A stretch of DNA of 50,807 bases. Origin: a virus (taxonomy: Duplodnaviria; Caudoviricetes). The position numbers and the translations under genes were made by a program. The stretch covers positions 1-50,807 of IMG/VR virus record IMGVR_UViG_3300033388_007794. One strand, given 5' to 3'. Within the stretch, counting starts at the first letter, position 1; each line of letters begins with the position of its first letter. The notes beneath the pieces are model-generated. The model had not been told where the DNA came from and did not search any database. It saw only the letters and a program-made list of their open reading frames with translations. Below are positions 18,290-26,129 of this stretch, piece after piece.

Positions 18290-18645
18290 TTGTGCAACCG
18301 GCCTCCCTATGACCAGGCTTTCGCTCCTTTCGGATTGGATTTACCTGCTCCTGGGAGCAGGCACGCGACAGGGAGGCCTCGGCCCGGGAGTCCCACCCGG
18401 TGCGCCCACGGAACGGCTATCCGTTCCCGTACCCCAAGCCATAACAGGTTGACTGGAGCAGAGGCGACGTGCTCGCCGCCGCAGACGCCGCTCTGTTAGA
18501 GCGCCTACCGGTTTGTCCGATACCGGCTAAACGGCCTCACCGATTATTCCGGGTCATCGGTATTCCTTCCTCAGGCACCGCTTCTGTCCCGTTCATCGGC
18601 TTCCCGCCTCGGGCTGCTCACTTAGAGCACTCACGGCATCTTAAC
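18290..18645 (-). ncRNA. Candidate large structured RNA (~350 nt)
   Basis: At least nine hairpins packed end to end, two GAAA tetraloops on the minus strand, no credible ORF. Confidence 0.6.
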
Positions 18646-18735
18646 TATTTTTGCATTCGTTATGCTTTGTTAATATTTGTTGGCTTGTTGGTAGCTGTTA
18701 TACCCTCCTTTCTGTTAGAAAATTAGGAAAAAAGA

Positions 18736-18915
18736 TCACTTTACAACTTTCAACTTCGCCCGCAGTTGCTCCGATTCTTGTTTCCAGCACTGCAAGCACT
18801 GTTTTTGTATTACTTCGTCAATCACGGCTCCGTAGCAGCACCAGCAAAGCGGAATGTTACGGAGATAGAGAACTTCACCGGGTCCCAGTTGCACGCGGCA
18901 GTTCGCGCACCTCAA
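18736..18915 (-). CDS. Zn-finger protein (59 aa)
   Basis: Manual: MRCANC...LCWCCY...CLQCW; AAAGGAGG RBS, TTG start. Confidence 0.65.
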   Translation of the reverse strand: MRCANCRVQLGPGEVLYLRNIPLCWCCYGAVIDEVIQKQCLQCWKQESEQLRAKLKVVK

Positions 18916-19057
18916 GATGTTCGCCTCCTTTCGGTTTTTGGTTAACTATTTCAAATAAAATCCTGGCCGCCCGGTCGAACTCATCTCCGGTTTCCCGGCC
19001 CGGAATTTCCAGGCGGGAGACGGGTTCGCCGTTGCGGGTGTGAGTGTATATCACCAT
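18875..19057 (-). CDS. Hypothetical early protein
   Basis: GGAGGTGG RBS. Confidence 0.6.
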   Translation of the reverse strand: MVIYTHTRNGEPVSRLEIPGRETGDEFDRAARILFEIVNQKPKGGEHLEVRELPRATGTR

Positions 19058-19174
19058 TGCTCCACCTCCACTTTTGTCGCTAAAAAACCGCTTTTTAAAA
19101 TCGGGTCTCCGGTCGGGAGAAGATAACCATCATTGACCCGGGGGCCTCAAAACAAAACACCGACAGCCGGAGAC

Positions 19175-19429
19175 CTAGTGGCCTTCGGTGCCGGTGGATT
19201 GTGTATTTGCACGCATTTTGCGAACATCTTTTCCAAAAAAAATTTTTTCAATCGGAACTCCAAAAAAATTTGCAATGCGTTTTGCTGTTTCGAGTGCCGG
19301 TGTGCGTAACCCTAGTTCATACATTGCTATTGTACTAGGCTTCAAATCAAGTGCTTTTGCTAATTGCCTTTGTGATAAACCTCGTTCGCTTCGTAATTCT
19401 TGTAATAGCTTACTTTTCATAACAATCAC
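19175..19429 (-). CDS. cro: Cro-like XRE HTH regulator
   Basis: LRSERGLSQRQLAKALDLKPSTIAMYELGLRTP; divergent from cI. Confidence 0.88.
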   Translation of the reverse strand: MIVMKSKLLQELRSERGLSQRQLAKALDLKPSTIAMYELGLRTPALETAKRIANFFGVPIEKIFFGKDVRKMRANTQSTGTEGH

Positions 19430-19441
19430 CTGACAATCACC

Positions 19442-19567
19442 TGCTCCCGTTTCGTGAACACTCTTTATCTACTATAATAATCACATATCGTAAGCATGTC
19501 AATAGTTTTTAAAAAAATTTTTCGCTTTATGTGAGCAGGTATTAAAACTGCTCACATTGAGTGATAA
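19442..19567. promoter_or_regulatory. Lysis/lysogeny switch: four 19-bp operators (consensus TGCTCAC-N5-GTGAGCA) and leftward promoter
   Basis: Sites at 19442-19460, 19478-19496, 19519-19537 and 19549-19567. Minus-strand TTGACA(19502-19497)-17-TATTAT(19479-19474). Confidence 0.75.
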
Positions 19568-19588
19568 TATTATTATAGGTGGGTAAAA

Positions 19589-20218
19589 ATGAAAACTTTT
19601 GCGCAAAGATTAAAACAACTGAGAGAAGAAAAAGAATTAAGCCAACGAGAATTAGCAAAACTGATTAATATTGCTCATAGCACACTTGGAATGTACGAAA
19701 TAGGTGAACGAGAACCTGATTTTAATACAGTTTCTCGTTTAGCTGCTTTCTTTAATACCTCTGTTGACTACCTCCTCGGTCGTACCGACGACCCCCGACC
19801 AATAGAAAAAATAGCCGAAGCCTGGCCTGTAGAGAAAATGGTGTCTGTTCCTGTTTATGGCGAAGTCAGGGCTGGCGATTTGATGTTTGCACAGGAGGAA
19901 ATTCTCGGTTATGAATTTTTGCCCGCAGAAGATGTGCAGGGGGGTGAATACTTCTTCCTGAAAGTCAAAGGAGACAGCATGATAAACGCCCGTATTTGCG
20001 AAGGAGACTTTGTATTAGTACGTAAACAGCCCGTCCTGGAAAACGGGAAAATCGGGGTAGTGCTGATAGGAGAGGAAGCTACAATAAAACGATTTTACAA
20101 GCAGGGGGATTTGGCGATTTTGAAGCCGGAAAATCCGGCCTATGAGCCCATCGTTGTGCCTTTGCGAGATGTGGTTATTATAGGAGAAATAGTGGAAGCC
20201 AAAATAAAGTTTAGTTAG
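19589..20218 (+). CDS. cI: CI/LexA-like repressor (HTH + S24 autopeptidase)
   Basis: XRE HTH, VRAG cleavage site, VKGDSM (Ser), ATIKR (Lys). Confidence 0.92.
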   Translation: MKTFAQRLKQLREEKELSQRELAKLINIAHSTLGMYEIGEREPDFNTVSRLAAFFNTSVDYLLGRTDDPRPIEKIAEAWPVEKMVSVPVYGEVRAGDLMFAQEEILGYEFLPAEDVQGGEYFFLKVKGDSMINARICEGDFVLVRKQPVLENGKIGVVLIGEEATIKRFYKQGDLAILKPENPAYEPIVVPLRDVVIIGEIVEAKIKFS

Positions 20219-20264
20219 TCGCTGAAGATGGTTTGTACTCATTTTATAAAAGGAGGAGAGACGG

Positions 20265-21158
20265 TTGAAATGCCCCAAGTGCGGTTTTGAAGATGAAGGA
20301 AAATTTTGTAGCGAATGCGGTTCTCCGCTGGATGAGATTGCTCCAACAAAGCCAATTTCGCAAAGTCCGCTTATCACTATCGAGTTTGGGAAATCAACCT
20401 CGAAAAATTATGACTTTGCCGTAATGGAAGCATCAAAATATCCCACCTATAGCGAATCTAAGGTCGGAAAAGAAATTTTACATAGGGTATCTCTCCAATT
20501 CGACCAGATTAAAGAAATAACATCTCTGCTGGATTTAGTTGGACAGTGGAAATCGACAAGAGTATATGTGGATGACCGTCCTGTCCTTTATGGAGACATT
20601 GCGCCGGTTATTTATTGTTATTCTGAGCGACAAAAGGCATTTAACCAGGAAGATTATTGCTTCGGGCGAGATGATCCACAAACTCATAATGACAATGATT
20701 TGGGGTGCAGGCATTGCGGTATATATCCATACGGTTATAGAGGATTGCAAGGCTTAGGTGAAATGCAATCCGATGGTACTTTTGCAATAGATAAAGATAA
20801 ATTGATTTACACGGTTGGGCGTAATCTCGAAAAGTTTATGATATGTCCGGCGCTTAATGCAAATAAAATAAAGCAAAAACTAGAAATTTTTCCTGCTCAA
20901 ATCAATCCAAAACGAAATAGACAGTGGGAGTATGTAACGGAGTATGCTGAGGATAAAGAAGTTGCAGTGGCCGTAAGAAAGAAACATCCCCAAACCGCCA
21001 AAGGGCACGTAGTAAAAGATTATAAGAGAGAAAGCACTTCAATCAACATAGAGCTTTCCGATGCCAAAAAAGACCAAGCAACAAAAACAGGTTGCCTGTT
21101 ACCGGTGTTGGTTTCTATAATAACTACTTTATTAGTTTTTTATTTTTTAATCAAATAG
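20265..21158 (+). CDS. Lysogeny-operon protein: N-terminal Zn ribbon, C-terminal membrane anchor
   Basis: CPKCG...FCSECG; C-terminal GCLLPVLVSIITTLLVFYFLI; lies between cI and integrase. Confidence 0.7.
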   Translation: MKCPKCGFEDEGKFCSECGSPLDEIAPTKPISQSPLITIEFGKSTSKNYDFAVMEASKYPTYSESKVGKEILHRVSLQFDQIKEITSLLDLVGQWKSTRVYVDDRPVLYGDIAPVIYCYSERQKAFNQEDYCFGRDDPQTHNDNDLGCRHCGIYPYGYRGLQGLGEMQSDGTFAIDKDKLIYTVGRNLEKFMICPALNANKIKQKLEIFPAQINPKRNRQWEYVTEYAEDKEVAVAVRKKHPQTAKGHVVKDYKRESTSINIELSDAKKDQATKTGCLLPVLVSIITTLLVFYFLIK

Positions 21159-21167
21159 AGGTGGCCT

Positions 21168-22904
21168 ATGCTCCGCGCCGCAATCTACGCCCGATTCTCT
21201 TCCGACAACCAGCGTGACGAATCCATCGACGCCCAGGTGCGTCTCTGTAAGGAGTACATTAAAACTAAAGGGTATGCCTTGGTGAAAATTTACGCCGATG
21301 AAGCCATCTCGGGCCGAACAGATCAGCGTCCCCAATTTCAACAGATGCTTGCCGATGCGAAGGCCGGGCTTTTTGATGTAATCGTTACGGACAAGGTGGA
21401 CAGGTTCGCCCGGGATAAATGTGATTCCGCCGTCCACAAGAGATATTTGCGGAAGAAATGCGGCGTCCGGGTGGAGTACGCCTCTCAGCGAATCGACGAG
21501 ACACCGGAAGGAATGATGCTGGAAAGCGTCCTGGAGAGCTTAGCTGAATATTACTCTATGAATTTGGCCCGCGAGACTATGAAGGGCCTCACCGAGAACG
21601 CTCTCCGGGGCTGGCACACCGGCGGAATCCCGCCGTTCGGATTGAAAGTCGTCTCTCGAATTGTCGAAGGGAAAGAAGTTAAAACTTACGATGTTAACGA
21701 GGAAGAGGCAGCCGTCGTGCGTCGCATCTTCGAGATATACGATGTCGGCGGGACCTACGGAGATATTTGGACGGCCACGAAGGAAGATGTGATCCGCTTG
21801 CGCGGCAGGCCGCTTTCCAAGAACTCCATCCACGACATCTTGAGAAACGAGAAATACACCGGAACCTTTGTTTTCAAGAAAGGAACTAAAAAAGAACACA
21901 GGCATACACGGGCTGACGTGATTCGAGTTTCAAACGCTTTTCCGGCAATAATTTCCCGGGACCTGTGGGAAAGGGTGCAGGCCAGAATGGACAAGAGAAG
22001 GCAAAGCAACGCCGAGTGCGCCCGCGGCAGGGCAAAGGAAGTGTACCTGCTCTCCGGCCTGATTTACTGCGGCAGGTGCGGGTCCGCATTTGTCGGAAAC
22101 CCCGCCCGGGGGAAGACGAAGAAGAGATACGCTTATTACAAGTGCGGCCTGCGGGACAGATCGAAAGAATGCCGCGCAAAGACGATAAGAAAGGAAACGG
22201 TCGAGCAGTTTGTTATTGAAGATTTAAGGCGGGAAATCTTTAGCCCTGCGGCTAAGGCCAGGCTTCGGGAACGGTTTGCCGCCTACTTGGAAGAAAGGCC
22301 GAAGTCCATTGAAAAGCGAATTGCCCAAATCAAGTGGGAACTCGCAGGTGTGAACAGAGTAATAAACAATCTCGTAAATGCCATTGAGCAGGGGAAAGGC
22401 AGCGCCATCCTCATCGAACGCTTGCAAATGCAGGAGGAGCGCAGAAATATCTTGCAGGCGGAACTGCTCAACCTCGAAAGCAAGAAAGATAATCCGGTCG
22501 AGATTGACCTGGTTGATACGCTCCTCGAAAAAGCAGAAAGGGAACTTGAAAAGGTAGAGGACCCTAAGAAGCTACGTCAGCTAATCCAGCTTTTCGTCGA
22601 GCGGGTAACCGTTTATGATGATAGGGTAGAAGTCGAACTGAAAATAAAACTCCCCACCGGAGACGGTCCCGGCGGGGGTTTGGTTGCGACTGGTAGCCCC
22701 AACCTGCACTGGGTCGTAACCAAAACCGCACACGAGCGGTTAAACAAAAAGCCCCTTCCGGGGGCATTTTTTATTTGCTCTCCAGGAGCTTCCTCGCTTC
22801 CTCCGCGGGGATTGCCCACTCCAGTTGCGAGTTCATCTCCCGGGCAACCTTCTCCGCTTTTAGCTTCCCTTCCGCGCACATCTGGCGGATGCGTTGTCCG
22901 GTGA
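21168..22904 (+). CDS. int: Large serine integrase
   Basis: AIYARFSS (catalytic Ser), DEAISG, DRFAR, recombinase domain, LSGLIYCGRCG Zn ribbon, coiled coil. The C-terminal extension runs through a terminator. Confidence 0.93.
   Translation: MLRAAIYARFSSDNQRDESIDAQVRLCKEYIKTKGYALVKIYADEAISGRTDQRPQFQQMLADAKAGLFDVIVTDKVDRFARDKCDSAVHKRYLRKKCGVRVEYASQRIDETPEGMMLESVLESLAEYYSMNLARETMKGLTENALRGWHTGGIPPFGLKVVSRIVEGKEVKTYDVNEEEAAVVRRIFEIYDVGGTYGDIWTATKEDVIRLRGRPLSKNSIHDILRNEKYTGTFVFKKGTKKEHRHTRADVIRVSNAFPAIISRDLWERVQARMDKRRQSNAECARGRAKEVYLLSGLIYCGRCGSAFVGNPARGKTKKRYAYYKCGLRDRSKECRAKTIRKETVEQFVIEDLRREIFSPAAKARLRERFAAYLEERPKSIEKRIAQIKWELAGVNRVINNLVNAIEQGKGSAILIERLQMQEERRNILQAELLNLESKKDNPVEIDLVDTLLEKAERELEKVEDPKKLRQLIQLFVERVTVYDDRVEVELKIKLPTGDGPGGGLVATGSPNLHWVVTKTAHERLNKKPLPGAFFICSPGASSLPPRGLPTPVASSSPGQPSPLLASLPRTSGGCVVR
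22679..22724. other. Putative attP
   Basis: Inverted arms TTTGGTTGCGAC / GTCGTAACCAAA (11 of 12 match) around a 22-bp centre; 46 bp overall, inside the 3' part of int. Confidence 0.6.
22746..22772. terminator. Bidirectional intrinsic terminator
   Basis: AAAAA-GCCCC-TTCC-GGGGC-ATTTTTTT between convergent genes. Confidence 0.75.
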
Positions 22905-23310
22905 CATCCGCCAGGACGGAGAGCTCCTCGGCATGCACAGAGACTCCCATCTCGATTTTCGCCCGTACCCGGCACATGCGGACCATGATGCCGAGAGGGG
23001 TGTCCCACCAGGCCGCCGGGATGTCGTAGCTTGTAGCGGCCACCGGCGCCCAGAGGAGCTCGCAAAGCTCCAGGATAATCTCCTCCATCTCCTCCGGCTG
23101 CGGCCCCGTTCCCCGCGCGTAATCCCAGCACTGCTTCAACTCGGCTGCGAAGGGAAAAGGAAATTTGTCGGAACCGACGGTTACAGGCGTGGGCTGGAGC
23201 TTGAATCCGGACTGAATGCAGTCCAGGCGCATTGCCCAGAAGCGGACCTGGGAGAGCAGAATTTCCATCTCCCGGTGGAATAGTTCGTCGCTCATGTCGC
23301 GGATTTTCAA
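22771..23310 (-). CDS. Protein with C-terminal excisionase/MerR-like HTH
   Basis: AEELSVLADVTGQRIRQMCAEGKLKAEK...WAIPAEEA; AAGGAGG RBS. Confidence 0.7.
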   Translation of the reverse strand: MKIRDMSDELFHREMEILLSQVRFWAMRLDCIQSGFKLQPTPVTVGSDKFPFPFAAELKQCWDYARGTGPQPEEMEEIILELCELLWAPVAATSYDIPAAWWDTPLGIMVRMCRVRAKIEMGVSVHAEELSVLADVTGQRIRQMCAEGKLKAEKVAREMNSQLEWAIPAEEARKLLESK

Positions 23311-23412
23311 TTTTGAAAACCTCCTTAGTTTATGCCTGCGGTTCTAGACAACGCCTCCGGATTTTCTTTGGCTCCGGGTGGGCCGGGTATTTTTTTAAAA
23401 AGGGCAGGGCGG

Positions 23413-23766
23413 TTAGCCCTTAACCCACTCTAACCGCCCGCGGCGACTCACAAAATGGGGATCACCCTCGGGGCGGTGGCCGATGACTTTATAACGGCCA
23501 TCGGCAAAAGTAACCGTACCTGCACCATCGTAGCTGGGGGTATATCCCCAGCTCGGGGTTTCATAACTAACGTCTCGTATACCCCCGATTTCTAATGCAA
23601 CGCGAAGCCGTTCGCCATGTGTTGCTTTAGCAAAAGATTTCTTCAGGATTTCGGTAGCGGGAAGCAGGAAATTCCTGCATTTCCCGCAGGCGGTGAGAGT
23701 GTTCACACCCCCACCGTAAAGCTCATTCTTGTGCCCACAGTGTGGACATATAGAGGTTTTCGCCAT
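23413..23766 (-). CDS. Zn-ribbon hypothetical protein
   Basis: CPHCG...CGKC; AAGGAGG RBS. Confidence 0.7.
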   Translation of the reverse strand: MAKTSICPHCGHKNELYGGGVNTLTACGKCRNFLLPATEILKKSFAKATHGERLRVALEIGGIRDVSYETPSWGYTPSYDGAGTVTFADGRYKVIGHRPEGDPHFVSRRGRLEWVKG

Positions 23767-23805
23767 CTTTTTCCAACCTCCTTAAAATTTTTTTATTTCC
23801 GCCAA

Positions 23806-23846
23806 TCTCCCTTGCGGGGTTGCCGGGATTACGGCTCCCGGCGGGC
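23806..23846 (-). repeat. Intergenic two-hairpin repeat, copy 1
   Basis: GCCCGCCGGGAGCCGTAATCCCGGCAACCCCGCAAGGGAGA. Confidence 0.8.
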
Positions 23847-23854
23847 TGGGATTC

Positions 23855-24085
23855 TCAAAGTGCGGCACGAGTTCCATCAGCGAAGCGCACATGTGCTTCG
23901 TCGATGATGAGTTTATGTAATGGTTTGCGGTGGCGACGAATGAAAACATTGAAATATGGGCTGTTGGGATCTGTCGTTTCGAGGTTCTTTTTATATTCTT
24001 CCGCCTCCTTTAAGGAGGTGAAAGTTTGAATTATTTGGAATCCTGCGCCTTGGTGTCCAGACGCGGCGATAATAGTGTAATACAT
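23855..24085 (-). CDS. Hypothetical protein
   Basis: Start re-called at ATG 24085 (MYYTII), behind AAGGAGGTG. Confidence 0.7.
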   Translation of the reverse strand: MYYTIIAASGHQGAGFQIIQTFTSLKEAEEYKKNLETTDPNSPYFNVFIRRHRKPLHKLIIDEAHVRFADGTRAAL

Positions 24086-24112
24086 CTTAATTTTCACCTC
24101 CTTTTTCTCTTT

Positions 24113-24154
24113 TCTCCCCTTGCGGGGTGCCGGGGATTGCGGCTCCCGGCGGGC
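24113..24154 (-). repeat. Intergenic two-hairpin repeat, copy 2
   Basis: GCCCGCCGGGAGCCGCAATCCCCGGCACCCCGCAAGGGGAGA. Confidence 0.8.
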
Positions 24155-24182
24155 CGAAGTTTTAAATTTCAACTGTTACGAT

Positions 24183-24368
24183 TCAACTATCCCCGTTTGC
24201 GTCTTGAGCGCGAGCGAGGACATCGAGTGAATGGTTTTCGGTGCGCTCATGTTGGTGATGAGTGATAATATCAACAAGTTTTAAATCTGGATGTTGGCGT
24301 GCAAAAGCACGTTGCACCCGCTCGACAAATAGTTTATTGATAGAGCTAACGACGTTGGAATTTAACAT
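24183..24368 (-). CDS. Hypothetical protein, first gene of the small-gene operon
   Basis: AAGGAGGAG RBS, directly downstream of a promoter. Confidence 0.6.
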   Translation of the reverse strand: MLNSNVVSSINKLFVERVQRAFARQHPDLKLVDIITHHQHERTENHSLDVLARAQDANGDS

Positions 24369-24428
24369 TTTTTTCTCCTCCTTTTCGCGCCCCTTTTTTG
24401 AGGCCGGCGCGGTTTTTTTCTTTTCTTT

Positions 24429-24457
24429 ATTGTATTAGGTATTTCTACACATGTCAA
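24429..24457 (-). promoter_or_regulatory. Sigma-A promoter of the small-gene operon
   Basis: TTGACA-17 bp-TACAAT. Confidence 0.8.
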
Positions 24458-24510
24458 GCAAATTCCTGCAAGAAAATTAAAGATGAGAAAAAAGTCCTAT
24501 TTTTGCGCGC

Positions 24511-24553
24511 AAAATAAAAACCCCGGAGGCTGTTGACCTCAGCAACCTCCGGG
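24511..24553 (-). terminator. Intrinsic terminator of the type IV-B operon
   Basis: CCCGGAGG...CCTCCGGG followed by GTTTTTATTTT. Confidence 0.8.
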
Positions 24554-24575
24554 ATTCTTTTCAAAATAGCACTAT

Positions 24576-25274
24576 CTAAAATTTATCTGTGAAAACATGC
24601 CGGAACCGCCACATCAGCACGCCGTCCAGATTGCTTGCTCCCAGTTTATCGAATTCTGGGTCGAAGAAGGTTGTCAGCCTCGTTTTATCCCACCCCACCA
24701 CAGGGGCGTAGAGATCATAGACACTGGCATAAGGGAGATTGTTGCTAAAGATATGCGCCCATACGTCCTTCCAGGACCAGTCCGCTATGGGCCAGCACTC
24801 AAGGATCACGCCAATGCTCTGCTCTCTATTTATGCGTCTCCTGCGCTTCAAAGACTCCTCTCGCCGCAGGCCGACAAAGGCCAGGTCATAACCTTCTTCT
24901 TTCAACTTGGGCACTAGTTTGCCGAGATATTCCCTGCCCAGGACGTTTACCGCCCTGCGCCCAAGCCGTTTATACTCGGGGCTGGTCTCCACACGGATAT
25001 TCTTTGCGCCGATTTTTTTGGCATTATTTATAAATTCAGCTTCCAGCCAGCGCGGGATGTAGTAGGGGCCATAATCCCAGTGAAGAACCAGCACATTCGG
25101 CTTCTGTTCCATCACCAGGTGCAGAACGCAGGTAGAGTCTTTTCCGCCAGAAAAGGCTACGTAAGGTTTCTTATTTCTCTGCAACGCCTTCCTGATTATA
25201 TCCCGTGACTCCTCGACTTTTTTCTTGTGCTCATCCATTTCTGCCCATTTGCGAAGGACTTCTTTCCAACCCAT
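24576..25274 (-). CDS. cysH: CysH/PAPS-reductase-family protein (type IV-B associated)
   Basis: PP-loop AFSGGKDS, GLRREESLKRR, PIADWSWKDVW. Confidence 0.88.
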   Translation of the reverse strand: MGWKEVLRKWAEMDEHKKKVEESRDIIRKALQRNKKPYVAFSGGKDSTCVLHLVMEQKPNVLVLHWDYGPYYIPRWLEAEFINNAKKIGAKNIRVETSPEYKRLGRRAVNVLGREYLGKLVPKLKEEGYDLAFVGLRREESLKRRRRINREQSIGVILECWPIADWSWKDVWAHIFSNNLPYASVYDLYAPVVGWDKTRLTTFFDPEFDKLGASNLDGVLMWRFRHVFTDKF

Positions 25275-25385
25275 TTTTAGATCGTCCTCCCCCGAGCTTT
25301 AATCCAGTATTGGCTCCAGTTTTCTCCTGGGAATCGGTTTTGTGTAGCATTTCATATCTTTCCGGTACGGCGCGTACTGCGAACA

Positions 25386-26129
25386 CTAACACTTGAGCTT
25401 ACACCTCGCCCCCGGAGGCACGCATAGGGCGACATTGCGTGGCTCCCAATATGGCCCTTTGTATGCAATGTAAGTGGCGTCGTCATATTCTTCGCACATC
25501 GACACGGGGATCGGCCTCATAGCAATGCCGTTAGCTACTAGAGACCAATCCTCTTCCATCTCCTCAAAAACTATGTTCTTAATCGCGCCGAAGCCAATTC
25601 TATTGTCGTTCCCCAAGCTCACGAGATAACTCCTAATAAGGCGTTCTATCAGCTTCATGTCGCCATTCACGTAGAAGATAATTTCTTTCGCGGGAATATA
25701 GACTTCCTTCATGGCATATGCGCGGAAGTGGCCAGATCCAATCCTGATCTTCTTCTGCCTCAAGTTCCCCGCCCAACGTTCCTCAAAGCGTTTGTAGATC
25801 TGGGTCAGATGTATACTGTGCGGCGAGAATAAGCTCACACTGCAGTGGTATATCTCGCCCGTCTTTTTGATTGGCAACAGTCTTCTATTACCTACTTGCT
25901 CAAGGTATGGAGTCAGATTCAGCTTTTTCGGTAGCACAAAAAAATCTTGTCCAAAGGTGTCCATCATGATCAGGTGCCCCAGCAGGCCATCGAAGTTAAT
26001 CCAGGGAGTAGTAACACATACTGGAGTGCGTAACTTAAATGTGATCTTGAAAGGAATAAATCTATTCCACCGCAAGGGCGGAGCAAGGCTCGCTACGTGC
26101 TGGAAATACTTGATTTCATCCATCATCAT
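25386..26129 (-). CDS. csf3: Type IV CRISPR Cas5-like RAMP
   Basis: LRTPV...FDGLL, SGHFRAY, G-rich loop LGNDNRIGFG, RPIP, PYW. Confidence 0.8.
   Translation of the reverse strand: MMMDEIKYFQHVASLAPPLRWNRFIPFKITFKLRTPVCVTTPWINFDGLLGHLIMMDTFGQDFFVLPKKLNLTPYLEQVGNRRLLPIKKTGEIYHCSVSLFSPHSIHLTQIYKRFEERWAGNLRQKKIRIGSGHFRAYAMKEVYIPAKEIIFYVNGDMKLIERLIRSYLVSLGNDNRIGFGAIKNIVFEEMEEDWSLVANGIAMRPIPVSMCEEYDDATYIAYKGPYWEPRNVALCVPPGARCKLKC

Noticed and set aside
18290-18645. Group I/II intron, hammerhead, tRNA or tmRNA
   Set aside because: No domain-V, P7 or cloverleaf signature recognised. CUGAGGA is present but lacks a correctly placed GAAA and stems.
18660-18712. Small ORF behind the strong AAAGGAGGG on the minus strand
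   Set aside because: No properly spaced start codon follows it.
24576-25274. Auxiliary metabolic gene for sulfate assimilation
   Set aside because: Lacks the C-terminal ECGLH motif and sits in the csf operon.
25275-25390. Extra small gene or TAG read-through between csf3 and cysH
   Set aside because: Only short frames with no clear RBS; possibly a decayed remnant, but not supportable.
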